Assembly (NCBI GenBank): GCA_000091205.1
Contig: AP006500.2
From: Cyanidioschyzon merolae
Taxonomy: Eukaryota
Length of the DNA stretch: 64,000 nucleotides
Direction: 5' to 3' (one strand)
Positions 32,319-43,650 of the stretch are shown here, piece after piece. The notes beneath the pieces are model-generated. The model ran no database searches. It worked only from the letters and a program-made list of their open reading frames with translations, and was not told the DNA's origin. A program made the translations under genes and the position numbers. Within the stretch, counting starts at the first letter, position 1; each line of letters starts with the position of its first letter.

Positions 32319-34037
32319 TTACGCTTCCTGTTCTTTTTGACCGATCACCCGTTGCAAAGTAGCACACATTTCCCCAAAACGTATGCGATCCTCGCGATGC
32401 GCGAACCGTAGACACCATACCTGAGCTCGTCGTTGCGCGTTTGGCGCTGGCGCATCAGTGACTGTGCCGGACGCAGTACCTGATGGGGCTGTGCTCGCAG
32501 TTGCATCGGCAGCCTCCTCACTTGCGTTTTGCGTTGCAACAAAACGCACCATCGCTTCTCCGGCCTCGTCGAGCCGCGGGGTCTCCCGCGTAATCGGAAC
32601 GTTCAGGATGACCCGCAACGTTCCGTCAACGCGCATCACCATCCTAGCAGTTTGTTTAGATGGATGGTACAAAAGTCGGAGGAGGCCGCGTCCTCGCTCC
32701 CGCCACTGCTTATCGACGAGCTCAAAGAGTTTTGCTCGCGTTTGGAGACGCATCTCTTCTTCAGATTCGTTGTTGAAAATATCTGGAACCGTTGATGGCA
32801 TCGCCTCCGATACGTTGGCGTCGTCGTCATTATCACCACCACCACCACCACCACCATCATCGTCGTCGTCGTCGTCATGAGCTGTTTCGTGGGCGCTCTT
32901 ATGATCGCCTTCGGATGCCTCTACATACGCGTCATGCTCTCCGCAATGCCTACCATCTGTGGATTCTAGAGCCCGGCCAGGAACTTTGACTCTTGAGGGC
33001 GTTCCCTTCGAGGCCGCTCCACCAGCTAGTTCCGGGAAGAGCGGCGTGCTACCCGGTAGTGCGGATGCATTGTTTTGCAGAGCAGGCGTTGTCGCATCCT
33101 GAAAACGGAAACTCGCCAGTCCCGTCATTTTTTCACTGTGTGATGTTGACAAGTTTCCAAACGTAAAGCCAGCAAACACCTTCGCGGCGCCAGACAGAGG
33201 TTGATTTTTCTCGGCATCATGTTTTGGGACGTCGTCGGCCTGCTTCTCCTTGTTCGAGCGCTGTCCAGCCTCGGAGTCGCCTGCGCTTGAGGGAGCATCA
33301 GCTGTGAGCGCAGCCGCCTTCGACGCGACAGCACCTGAGCTGATGGTCTCCGAGTTCGCTGCGCTGCCTGTCTCGGTGGATCCAACTCCAGCAGAAACCG
33401 ACCGTGCCCTCTTCTCTGCTGTTTGAGCAGGCACTGCCTGCGGTGCGGCCTTGGGCACTGCAGCGGACACGTTATCTGGTGGAAGCGGAGATGCTGTCCC
33501 AGCGGCTCGCTTCTCGACAGCGTCACCGGATGCAGGATGCTTAGGCGCAGCACCATCCTCACCGGAGGAGTTGTGCACGAGCGCTGCTTCCGAGCCTAGA
33601 GGCCGCGCTGTCGACGCTACTTGCTCGCCGGGAGCACCACCAGATAGACGATTTGCTTCTTGCGTCGATACTGGAGCCGCTGTCAAAGTCGACTCCCGAG
33701 TGGAAGCGGGCGATTTCTCCACGGAACGAGCAGCCTCGCTGGACGCCTGTGCGACGGGCAGTTTCCGCGTTGTGCTTTCGCTGCTGAGGCCTTGGGTAGC
33801 GGGCCCCGCGGAGTTCCGCCCCGCGTTCTGTTCAGAGCTGGGTAGCGCCTGTGCTCCAGTGCGGCGAACGCGAACGATGCGACGTCCTGCCAGGGTCGGT
33901 GCTGCGTTCCACTGGGTCGAGTTGGTGCCTCCCGCCGGTCTAGTGTCGGCAGATCTGCATTGCTCCTCGGAATCATCATCAGCCAGAGCGCTGTCCTTAT
34001 TCAGTTGCGTGTCCGCTAAGCGTTTTCGCGAAGCCAT
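32319..34037 (-). CDS. Ran-binding-domain nucleoporin (Nup50 / RanBP3-like) with a low-complexity FG-containing region
   Basis: The C-terminal RanBD-like block is 'EEEMRLQTRAKLFELVDKQWRERGRGLLRLLYHPSKQTARMVMRVDGTLRVILNVPITRETPRLDEAGEAMVRFVATQ...WCLRFAHREDRIRFGEMCATLQRV'. Upstream are 'FAGFTFGNLS' FG-type motifs and a poly-D/G tract encoded by the triplet repeat at 32820-32880. Confidence 0.65.
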   Translation of the reverse strand: MASRKRLADTQLNKDSALADDDSEEQCRSADTRPAGGTNSTQWNAAPTLAGRRIVRVRRTGAQALPSSEQNAGRNSAGPATQGLSSESTTRKLPVAQASSEAARSVEKSPASTRESTLTAAPVSTQEANRLSGGAPGEQVASTARPLGSEAALVHNSSGEDGAAPKHPASGDAVEKRAAGTASPLPPDNVSAAVPKAAPQAVPAQTAEKRARSVSAGVGSTETGSAANSETISSGAVASKAAALTADAPSSAGDSEAGQRSNKEKQADDVPKHDAEKNQPLSGAAKVFAGFTFGNLSTSHSEKMTGLASFRFQDATTPALQNNASALPGSTPLFPELAGGAASKGTPSRVKVPGRALESTDGRHCGEHDAYVEASEGDHKSAHETAHDDDDDDDGGGGGGGDNDDDANVSEAMPSTVPDIFNNESEEEMRLQTRAKLFELVDKQWRERGRGLLRLLYHPSKQTARMVMRVDGTLRVILNVPITRETPRLDEAGEAMVRFVATQNASEEAADATASTAPSGTASGTVTDAPAPNAQRRAQVWCLRFAHREDRIRFGEMCATLQRVIGQKEQEA

Positions 34038-36244
34038 ACCTTGAAGCTGCTGTGCGCTGTTGGCTCAGGAACGTGGTGCCGGGCAAGGCTCCCTGAAGAA
34101 CGCGCGAACGTTGGCGCTCACCGGGGCTTGAACTTTTCCGGTGACGACTCTGTGCGCTACGACCACCGGCTCCAGAACAGGGTGGAGCAGCGGAGCCCCT
34201 CAGTTCAGTGCAGTTCAATATATTGCAGTGCAGCAGGCAGCAAAGATTTTGGCGTCGAAGCGTCGCTTCCGCGGCGTCCGTCGTGCTGCAACAAGTATAT
34301 CGCGTTCGCGCGGGCCGTTCTCGCCTTTGATAGCAACAGAGAATAGAGGTTTTGTCTGGATTCTCAATGTTTTTCGTGAATGCGCTTTTAGAGACAAGGA
34401 TCGTCGAGGAGGACGCCTTTCTCGGCTGTGAGCCCAGCTCTTTGAATCGACATACACACCGATATCAGGCGTTTGGTACGGCTGTGTCGAGTTTGCCCCT
34501 GATCATGCATCGATCCTAGTCCAGTATAGACCATTTCATCACCAAAAGTTGGACGGGTACTCCAGTTTCCAGGTCAAACTCGTCAATGGGTGTTCCTCGC
34601 GGGCGTACCGGCACGAGGGTGTTTCCGGTGGCAAGCCAATATCTAGTGCGGACGAGAAAGACGCTGTCTGGGCTTCCGGAAACCCACTATGCTCATCAGC
34701 ACATGGGCTTTCTGCATATTCCCACATCCATAAACGAAAAATGCGTCATATAGTGACTTGTAGGTTTACCCATGCGGACACTGTTCGGCGTGTGCTGTGT
34801 ATATTCGTAGCGCACGTACGGTACCAAGGAAGATTCCCAGAGCGAAACCATCCGTACAGTCCAACAGTGTGCACCCGTGACCTCTGTAGGCCAATACGTG
34901 CACAGAAAGCGGCGGAGTCTGCTGTTCTTTTTCCTCTTCCAACGAACGTCAAGGAAAAATGAACAGACGCTCCGTCCGGCGCAACGTACCAGCCGCCACA
35001 CCCTGAGCATGTCTTCGAGTCTGGATGGTTCGTTCAAGAGACCTCCGAAAACGCGAATCCAGCGCGTACCGACTCACTGCTCGTAAAATACTTGCTTCGA
35101 GTTGTTGGCAAGGACAGGTGCCGCTATCCAGCGGTAAGCAGCGAAGCCCGCAGCCACTCTCGTGGTTGCGGGCGTGCTGCACGCTCAAAGCGGTGTTTCT
35201 CTCGCCGTCTCTGTTAATCTGCGGTCGACTCTCGATCCCGAACTTCCTAGAATAGGGTCTCCAGGCGTTCCCCTTGCGACCGCGAATGTCGTCCGAGTTA
35301 CGCACTCACAGCGCTTGGCCGTCTGCGCCACTGCGTCGCTGTCTCTGGCGAAGCTCACGTCTATCGTGCATTCCTCGAGCAGTTCAAGCGCTGAATCCAG
35401 CTGGGCTCCGCTCCTGTCGCGTAGTCCCAGCCGCAGCAACCAAAAGCGGCTGCTTCGACGACGTCCGCACCCTGGCTAGACGTGAAGCGAGTCCCTGTGT
35501 GCGAAGCGCGCAGGGCGCTCGTGCACGCGCAGGGGAACGAGCTCGGCTCCTCCGCAGACGCGTCCACGTTCCATCAAAGCCAGTAAGGCATGCCCCTGGG
35601 TTAGCAAAAAGACTTCGTCGGTCCAGCAGCATTGCTCCAGCTGCGGAGCCTGATTCAGACGCCCAACGAACAAGGCTCTAGTGCATCGTGTCCACCGAAG
35701 TGTCCACTCGACGCAGGTACGCTCGCATCGAACAGACACCTTCACCACAACCTTTTTATGGTGGAGGCTCAATTCCATCAAATGGAGGAATTTTGCATAC
35801 GCTAATGTTATTGGCGTCAAAGCAAGCATCTATCAAGATGAACCAGATCCTCCGTGCTCCGTCAACTGCCACCGGCCAGACCTCACGCTGGAGTTCACGC
35901 TACCTTGAAAGGATCCTCTGGGTGCCGAACCTGCCGTTTGAACATATGGCGACAGACGTAGCGTCGCTACGGACGCTTTACAGACACCAAATGTCACAGA
36001 CGTGTCCTGAAACACGTCTACCCGTGGTACTGGTACCCATTGTGCCCCAACATCGCGTCCAAAAGCTCAACTCCGGTACCAGTACCGGTAACAAGCTGCG
36101 GGAGATGATCTCGAGGCGCAGCTGCCCGCGCCTTTGTTCGCATCTGAAGAAACGCAGACGTACGACCGCGGCTACACGCGGACGCTTAGCGTGTCGTTGC
36201 AACCGCTAGAGGTTCCCCCGAACACACCGACATAAACTTAAAGA

Positions 36245-38734
36245 ATGGAGGAGGCAGTAGCGACTCAGCGTCGCGGTGTCAAGCGAGAACGGACGGTGCG
36301 ACGGCAGCGTGTGCTGCGCTTGGCGGTGCCGACGCGTCTGCTTCCCACGCTCAAACGAAGCGTTATAGAACAGCTTCATTCTCAGAACGGGAGTATGAAG
36401 TACGACGGCAATAAAATCGAGGATCTCATCTTGCGTGCACTATGTGACTTTGCAACGTTTGCGGGGATACCGCCCGCGCACCGGCTGGCGGCTCTCGAAC
36501 GAGCGCTCCCGCGTCACATTGCCCAGAGCCCCCGGTACCGCAGCTCCTTTTGCGCTGCCTGGCACTTTTCAGCATCTACTGGTGCTCAAGACGAAAATGA
36601 TCAAGATGGCACTCTATCGAGTGAGCTTGCCGCTCTTCGAGCACTGATTCTAGAAACCCTTTCGGAACGCGAAGAGCAGCAGCGGTCTCAACGATCAGCA
36701 TCCAGTGATTGCTCGAAGGCAATCCCCGAAACGCCTCCGTATGCTACCTCAGCGTGCGATGTCGCGTCAACGCAAGCAACTGTCGAAACGTTGCGACAGT
36801 CAGGTTGTCGAATCACACGCAGTGTCCAGGCATGGCTGACGACTGCGGCAACCACAACAGCACAGCAGGGCCCTGCAACCGATGCAGCACCGAGTCGCAT
36901 GCAACCAGTAGCACTGAACGCGCACACGACAACCTCAGACACAGGGCAATGCTGCGGAACTGTGCAGCAGCTCCACCATCAACGTCAAGGCACAGCGCGT
37001 ATTCGAACGCGCTGTGGCAGCTCGTCAGCCATTCCGACGAGGGTGCCACTGAGTCTCGCTCCGATGCTCTTACGTTTCCTCGAATTGCAGCTGCCTGAGG
37101 CAGTGGAATATCACCTCCAGGACCTCCTCCTAACTGAATTACTCCGAATTGACCGAGTGCAATATGTGTACCTGCCGGGGCGAGGCCTCGATACGAGCCG
37201 TGGGAGCATACGCGCTTCGTCGCACGCAGCGGGTACAGAGCGGCAGGCATCGTCGTCGTGTACGCGTCGAGCCGCGCCCCAGACCCGCACCGATACCGAG
37301 TGTCCGTACGAGCGGGTGCGCTCAGCTCGTATCACGGAGCATCGAGCGCTACTTGCCGCACTGGGACTCGGTCGATCTGTGGCGGGTACAGTTACGCCGA
37401 CGTCGAAGAAGCGCGAGGAGGCGACATCGATGATCCAGTGCAAGGAGATGCGGCACGAGCGCTTATTGCCACGCAATGCAGACACCATGTCTAGGAAGCA
37501 GAGCTCGCCGCTGACGTTTGCCGAATATGTGCGAAGAGCAGACCCAGCAACGAGTGCTTGGATGGGTGCGCTCGACCCGCTCTGGATACAGGCTGCGGAG
37601 CAGGTTGTTGCGGCGTGTCTGGTACGTGCACGCGACCCGAACGCTTGCTCCGAGGGCGCAGCGCCCGCCTGGAGCACAGCGTACATGCAGCGCTCCATCT
37701 GGGAACGCAATGATTCCACTCAGTATCGCAAGCATGTCCAAAGGATCAGTGAACGTTATCTCCTGGAATTGGATAGTGCTGAAAATCGACGGAAACGCGG
37801 CTTCCGGAATCATCCCACGGTATATGCGGCAGCTCGCCGAAACGCGCAGCCCGGGACGCTGTCCGCTGATGCCTGCCTCGCCCGGCTGACGACAGCTACG
37901 CTTGGAGCGCGCTCAACTTGCGGCTCGACATTGACGGAGGAGAAGGAGACGACGATGACGACGGCTCTGCAGCGCCGCGGCAGCGTCGAGGAAGCGTATC
38001 TCTGGACAGAGGCGGACTACGATGCGTTCTTTACGGCATGGAGGCGCTTCGGGAACAGCGTTCATGCCAACAGAAAAATCGCGCAGGCGATGAATGAAGC
38101 GTACTGGGCGCGAGTTCCGACGCGTAAGCGGCACGCTTTAACCCTGAAAACACGGCAAGGAATCGGGGGTCGAGTTACGTTCCTGCCGACTCATATTGTC
38201 TATCAAAAGCGATTGCATCGGGGGTGGTTGGAAATGCATCGCTCGGAAAACGAACTCAAGTTGGAGCAACTGATGCCGGCACCGCACCAGACGCGCTGTG
38301 GTCTGTGCCGGCGTGACGCGTCGCACGACGACAGCACCCAGACCGGGGCCCTGATTGGACCCTTCTGGGAGATGCTTCCTGATGCACCATCCACTCCGGT
38401 GTGGATGCATAGGGAGTGCCTTCTGTGGACACCCGAAGTCTTTGAAACCTGTGAAGGCACCATGATGAATGTGCGGCGGACGTTTCGACGGGCGATACGT
38501 ATCCGCTGTGCCTACTGCGGACGCACCGGCGCTGCAACCGGCTGTTTCCTGCGCTATTGTCGACGAAGTTATCATGCGCCGGTTTGTGCAGTGGCGGCGG
38601 GCTGTAGTCTCGACCACCGTCATTATCGTCTGCTATGTATGCAGCACACGCAAGTCTATGCAAAAATATCAGCAAAGGGTGCGGCTTTATTCTGGGAGAG
38701 TCTGGAACAAGAAGGCATCTCCAGCGTCAAGTAG
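36245..38734 (+). CDS. Extended PHD (ePHD) zinc-finger chromatin protein with a Myb/SANT-like domain
   Basis: The C-terminus reads 'CGLCRRDASHDD...WMHRECLLWTPEVFETCEGTMMNVRRTFRRAIRIRCAYCGRTGAATGCFLRYCRRSYHAPVCAVAAGCSLDHRHYRLLCMQH', an ePHD Cys/His pattern of the JADE/BRPF/MLL type. A SANT-like block ('WTEADYDAFFTAWRRFGNSVHANRKIAQAMN') lies upstream. Confidence 0.65.
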   Translation: MEEAVATQRRGVKRERTVRRQRVLRLAVPTRLLPTLKRSVIEQLHSQNGSMKYDGNKIEDLILRALCDFATFAGIPPAHRLAALERALPRHIAQSPRYRSSFCAAWHFSASTGAQDENDQDGTLSSELAALRALILETLSEREEQQRSQRSASSDCSKAIPETPPYATSACDVASTQATVETLRQSGCRITRSVQAWLTTAATTTAQQGPATDAAPSRMQPVALNAHTTTSDTGQCCGTVQQLHHQRQGTARIRTRCGSSSAIPTRVPLSLAPMLLRFLELQLPEAVEYHLQDLLLTELLRIDRVQYVYLPGRGLDTSRGSIRASSHAAGTERQASSSCTRRAAPQTRTDTECPYERVRSARITEHRALLAALGLGRSVAGTVTPTSKKREEATSMIQCKEMRHERLLPRNADTMSRKQSSPLTFAEYVRRADPATSAWMGALDPLWIQAAEQVVAACLVRARDPNACSEGAAPAWSTAYMQRSIWERNDSTQYRKHVQRISERYLLELDSAENRRKRGFRNHPTVYAAARRNAQPGTLSADACLARLTTATLGARSTCGSTLTEEKETTMTTALQRRGSVEEAYLWTEADYDAFFTAWRRFGNSVHANRKIAQAMNEAYWARVPTRKRHALTLKTRQGIGGRVTFLPTHIVYQKRLHRGWLEMHRSENELKLEQLMPAPHQTRCGLCRRDASHDDSTQTGALIGPFWEMLPDAPSTPVWMHRECLLWTPEVFETCEGTMMNVRRTFRRAIRIRCAYCGRTGAATGCFLRYCRRSYHAPVCAVAAGCSLDHRHYRLLCMQHTQVYAKISAKGAALFWESLEQEGISSVK

Positions 38735-39386
38735 TGTTGCGTACGCCTGGGTGCCAGCATCGAAACGAAGAACAAGGTCACCGCTGCAACGCGACGGCTG
38801 GTATGGATGCACGCTACGCGATGGACACTGTAACGGATATATGTGGTGCAACCGTGATTTCGTCGGCTCCTTTCGATTTTACGGAATCAAGTCTCGTGCT
38901 CCGAAGCGATGAGACGAAGAACAAGGCCGTCGCTGGAAGAACTTGTGCAGGAGCTGGGCTGGTCTTCCGCAGGCCGGCATTCGGTTAGTGCCAAACCTAG
39001 CGCCAGCAGCTGTGTGCTCGTGCGAGTGCCAAGGCGTCAGGCTCGCGCACTACCTGCAACCGATATCGTTAGCGTTGATGCAGCACCCGTATCGTGGTGT
39101 ATGGACCTCATCGTGCTGCGGCGCCAGCGAGCCGGATCGGTCGATACCTGATCGTCGGTCGACGAGCCTTTTCAGATATCCTGATTTTTCGGTTACTGTT
39201 GGGCAACTGGCGGCTTTGGATGCCAGTTGCCCAATGCCCATGAACGGATACGCACCCACTACCGCGTTCAGAGTGATCTGCCTCAGCGCGGGACGCACTC
39301 GACTGATCTGGATCAAAGCATGTACTATACTCAGCACACTAGCTTTGGCGAGGAAACGCTCCCTTGTCTATCGCTTTGCGCTGGCC

Positions 39387-41195
39387 CTACGACGATGTCA
39401 ACGGTGGGGAAGGCGCGCGCTCCTGCTCACTTCGTCGCGACGCTCTTCGTGGCTGTAGAACCGGATGCTGTACCGTATCTTGGGCTTCATCGTCAGAGGA
39501 ATCGATCAGGTGCTCGTTCACAGAGACGCCACGATGCACTTCATTCGTGCTCTCCATGCGGGTGTGTGCAGTCTCCACATCGATCAGGTCCTCGGCAGCC
39601 GGGGCCGTTGGCGACAATGCCGCCCAACTAAGATTCTCGTGGAGCGGTAGCAACTCATGTTCTGGTTCCGCTTGCATCGGAGCGGAGGTGCATCCGTCAC
39701 CATCTTCTGGCGGTACGATGGGAGCAGGCGCACGCTGTGCAACGTGGCCATCCGGGGATAATGCTGCTCTGAAAAATGCATTCGTTTCGCAGAGCGTTCG
39801 AAACTCTGTGAGAGCTCGCTCTGCATCACAAAGCAGCCGTGATGCCTCCTGTCGTAGCGGAGGCTCCACGATGCGCGGTACAAGGCTAGCGAGCCCGTCG
39901 CGCATCATTTGGACTCGTTCAAAGCGACTGCGTGCGTTCTCCAGCGTCTCCGAGTTGGGCGAAGTACCCACTGGTGCATCTCGAAAGCTATCGCACATTG
40001 CCTGGAAGAGGTCAATCGTTTCACGCGTCTCCTGGAACGCAGCCCGCAAGCGGTTCAGCATCTGGTCTCGACGGTTTGGCGGAGCCTGCACCGGACTCGG
40101 TGTCGGATACCAGGTCGGACCGCTCCCGTACTGACAGAAAACGCCAGCGTGCATGGACGCAGTCCATGCCCACATCCACGCTTGCGGTAAAATCATTGGT
40201 GCTCGATAAAATCGTCGCACTGAGGCCGCTGGTGCCCCAACGTTCGCTGACGCCGGCACCGTTGTCCCAGGCACTGGTCGTCGTTCGGCAGTGCCGGCTG
40301 TCGGCCGGGGCCCAGCTCCGCTCCCGGACGTTGACGCTGGGCGACGAACCCTCCGGTATCGTGCGGAGAGAGAGAGGCCGTCGCGCTGGACTGCAGCAGC
40401 GGCCTGCTGGAACTCGGGAATCTCTGCAACCAGGGGCGTCATGACCTGCGCCCAATGGATCAGGCACTGGCGAGCTCGAACGACCAAGACCTGGCACTCT
40501 ACTGGGACAGCCGATGGACTCGTTACCCCTTTTGGTGCCGGCGGTTGCTGCGGATCATCGACGCAGAGCGGCAGAAGCGCGATCTGCTGGATGAGCGGCA
40601 AGTTGTATCGGATGAGCACCCGATTCACAGCTATGTTCGTGTTCATAACGCAAACGTCCAGCAGGGCAAGCGCTGCTAGCGCGTCACAGATTGCTCGAGT
40701 GTCAGCGGGGGGGCACTTTGCCGGCGCGACTGCTGACGGTTGGCGAACGACCTGAGCATACTTCTGTTTTTGGCGCCAGGGCCAGTGCCAACCGAAACTA
40801 CGCGATCGTGAGGTACCAGAAGCCGACACTGGCTCTAGAGCCGCCTCCGAGACACCGTCACCTCCTGGACCCTGCCTCCGTTGCAGAACGCCCTGGGCCC
40901 AGGGCGAAAGCACGCGCTGTACCGCCGTGAGCGCTGTGCGCAGTGTCTGCTCGAGTGCCTCCGCTCTGGAGTGCTCCTCGACAGCTGCGTGCGCAATGTC
41001 CAGCTGACGACACCTGAGCGCAGGTGTTACCGCTTCTCTTAAAATATCGGTAGCGTACTGCTCACTGGCCTGACGAAGCACCTGGTTGAGGTCTCGTTCA
41101 AATGCCTCCGCCTCAGCGGTGGCTCGCTTACCGCCGTCCGTGCGGAGCATCCAGTCTACCACACGTGTTGGCAATGGTCTCGTATACGCAATCAC
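39387..41195 (-). CDS. Hypothetical protein of 602 aa with no recognisable domain
   Basis: A long uninterrupted ORF in a GC-rich region. A 256-aa opposite-strand ORF overlaps it, so coding status rests on length alone. Confidence 0.35.
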   Translation of the reverse strand: MIAYTRPLPTRVVDWMLRTDGGKRATAEAEAFERDLNQVLRQASEQYATDILREAVTPALRCRQLDIAHAAVEEHSRAEALEQTLRTALTAVQRVLSPWAQGVLQRRQGPGGDGVSEAALEPVSASGTSRSRSFGWHWPWRQKQKYAQVVRQPSAVAPAKCPPADTRAICDALAALALLDVCVMNTNIAVNRVLIRYNLPLIQQIALLPLCVDDPQQPPAPKGVTSPSAVPVECQVLVVRARQCLIHWAQVMTPLVAEIPEFQQAAAAVQRDGLSLSARYRRVRRPASTSGSGAGPRPTAGTAERRPVPGTTVPASANVGAPAASVRRFYRAPMILPQAWMWAWTASMHAGVFCQYGSGPTWYPTPSPVQAPPNRRDQMLNRLRAAFQETRETIDLFQAMCDSFRDAPVGTSPNSETLENARSRFERVQMMRDGLASLVPRIVEPPLRQEASRLLCDAERALTEFRTLCETNAFFRAALSPDGHVAQRAPAPIVPPEDGDGCTSAPMQAEPEHELLPLHENLSWAALSPTAPAAEDLIDVETAHTRMESTNEVHRGVSVNEHLIDSSDDEAQDTVQHPVLQPRRASRRSEQERAPSPPLTSS

Positions 41196-42329
41196 TTATA
41201 AAGGTCCAAGAAACTTCGCCTTCATTGCCCTCGAGCGTACGGTTATGCCGAGGAATTCCCTGCCCTGTAACGGGAGCGCGACATAGGGCGCTCTGCTGTC
41301 CGCAGATTGCGGCGAAGTGGCAGCGCGCAGCTGGACAGCAGCATCCCCCGGAGCGTATCGCCTTTTCGTGAGAGCGGAGCGTATCCGAAGGAGGGATTTC
41401 CTTCGGGTGCAGGATTATAGACGTGAGCTTGTTTTTCCCAATAGCGCCATGGTTATGGGATATCCGGGAGAGCGTCTGGTTTTCTGAAGGATATGGCTTG
41501 CACTGCCCCAGCGTACAGACAAGGCGAGCTGGGGCTTGACTTTACGGCATCGTCGCTGGATACGTTCGACGTGCTTGCACTGCATCTGCGTCTTTTCACT
41601 AAACATTGTTTGATCGGGCGGGTTTTTCTTTTGGAATGCTAAGCTGATGCGTGCGCATAGAAGCGGTTGGATGCCTGCATCATGAGTGTCAGCATGGGAA
41701 CGGGCCAGGTACACGTTCCGAACTCGGGCGTGAACGCTAGCTTTCTTGTTTCTCTCAGGTGTGATGGACAGCTGCCGTTGGGGAATTTTTTTCGGCGACT
41801 GTTCACGTTTTCTCTCTTAGTTCCAGATTACAATATGCTGGTCTATTCTTTCCATCCAGCTCTGTTCACAGCAGTTGACGGATGTTGGCGGTAGCGTTCA
41901 AGTCCGGATTTCGTACCTGCCGACAGTTGTCAACGCATTTCATGCACAGACGCAAGATGCGGTGTAGGCTCGCTTGACATCTTCATCTTTTTCATGTACA
42001 GTCTCGGTACGCAGTTTGCAGCTGTGACTCCTGGATATGGACAAATGAAGTATAAATCTATCTGCCATACCCTCTCGACTGAGATCCACGTTGAAGCGCG
42101 TAAACGCCTGCTAGATCGCTCCGTATACGCCCTTATATGAAAGGCGATCCTCGATGCCCTGCTCCGTTTCCGTGCCAGGAGCGATGCCCTGCAATGACGC
42201 GCTTGGTTTGGACTATACCGTCGGCGAATGTGCTGCCGGCTGAACGTGCAAGCGCATGCCGTCCATGATAAAAATTAGCTGAGGGCATATCATAACTGGA
42301 CAACAAGTCGAGAAATGTCGATTCGTCTA

Positions 42330-42800
42330 CGCTTTCCTCGTGCGGCACGGTAACGAACGCCCGACTGCAAAACGATCGCCGTGCTGACTGAACGCCGAGT
42401 CCAGGATGCGTATCGGGGCAAACCGAAGCGAGGCGAGCCTCTGGGCGCTCATCGTGTGAGAGCGATCATGCTGCAGCTGTCGAGTTCTGGTTCGCCGGCG
42501 GCCACCCAGGGTGGGCATTGTCTTTCGAAAGAAATCGATTCCTTGACATGACAAGTTCAGAGAAGTTTCGATTTGAACTTGTGAGAATGTCATCAAAGAG
42601 CGATGTGAATTTATGTGACTTCTTCGTCAATCCATCGCAGCGCATCGCTGTGCGCATGCGGTGCCTTGAAATGTAGAGATCGAAAACTTGAATCATGTTT
42701 GATAGGAGCACGATACACACGTACGTGAGGGAGAAGATTCGCGGATTCTACTTGTGCATTGGACAATGATATCGGTTATTATACGAACTCTTGTTCGCCG
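42330..42800 (-). repeat. Dispersed repeat family 2, copy 2 (reverse orientation)
   Basis: The reverse complement of 42660-42790 reads 'taaccgatatcattgtccaatgcacaagta...aaacatgattcaagttttcgatctctacatttcaaggcac', which matches copies 1 and 3. An ORF at 42466-42720 (-) begins 'MIQVFDLYIS...'. Confidence 0.65.
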
Positions 42801-42949
42801 GCGTCGCAAAACATCTCGATTTCGGTAACGGAATGAATTCCTTGTCCAAAGCGTTAAAGGAGCGATTCCGAAACAAAGGAAAAACACCGAGCATCTTTAA
42901 ACTACGTTCAAGTAAGACTTGATTCCTGCACTCCGAATATCGAGGTTGC

Positions 42950-43650
42950 ACAGCTAGAACATAGTTCCGGAAAAGAATCGAACTGGATGAACAAAGCGAG
43001 TCATCCCCTACTCGATTTTATCGTCAGCGAAATGAGAAATGTTCTACGATAATTGAGGGTGTATGAATACATACATACGCAGACGCCTCCCAGCCTTGTT
43101 TTGACCGGTTCCCCGATACCGGTTTCAGCTTCTCCCTGTATACTTCGATCCTGAGAGGCTGCTGGACAAAAGTTGGACCGGGGCAGCTTCGAGGGTCACG
43201 TCCCCGGTACCAAACTTCTTCTGATATTGATGGCGGCGTTGAAGTCTCGGTTCACGAACTCCATGCGTTTATTGCCGCTGGTGAAGCGTATCATTGCAAA
43301 GATCCCTAGAACTCGTACCCTCTGTCCCAGTACAATCTCGCTATCGTCCCATCGGACAAACAGCTGTTCTCGAGTATATATCCCCTGTTCTTGTTCTTCG
43401 TCACTTGCTTTTCTTCGCTAGATAGTCGACGAGAAGAGGATCTTTTTCGGTTTTTATCCCGGTCGCCAGCGACACCAGCCCTCTAGAATCCCCGACTCCC
43501 ATGTCCATACGGTTCGCTTAGATTTCTTATTTCTTCAAATGAACGCTTTTCGGACGCTTCGATTACAAACCGAGAAAAAGCGTTTGATGCGACGCACCCG
43601 GAGATGGCGCACAATTCAAGAAAGCGTCTACAATCTGACACGAGCCCACC
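42950..43650 (-). repeat. Truncated, diverged copy of the Fanzor/TnpB-like element 3' region (copy C)
   Basis: The reverse complement of 43201-43260 encodes '...[20 protein letters not shown]'. The reported plus-strand ORF 43173-43421 is the antisense frame of this. The flanks align to copy B ('cttcgatcctgagaggctgc', 'gcagacgcctcccagccttgttttgaccgg', 'ttatttcttcaaatgaac...ccgagaaaaagcgtttgatgcgacgcacccgg'). Confidence 0.7.

Noticed and set aside
39364-40134. A 256-aa plus-strand ORF
   Set aside because: It overlaps the longer 602-aa minus-strand ORF and has low-complexity S/A/R composition, so it was judged less likely to be the coding strand. Neither has domain support.
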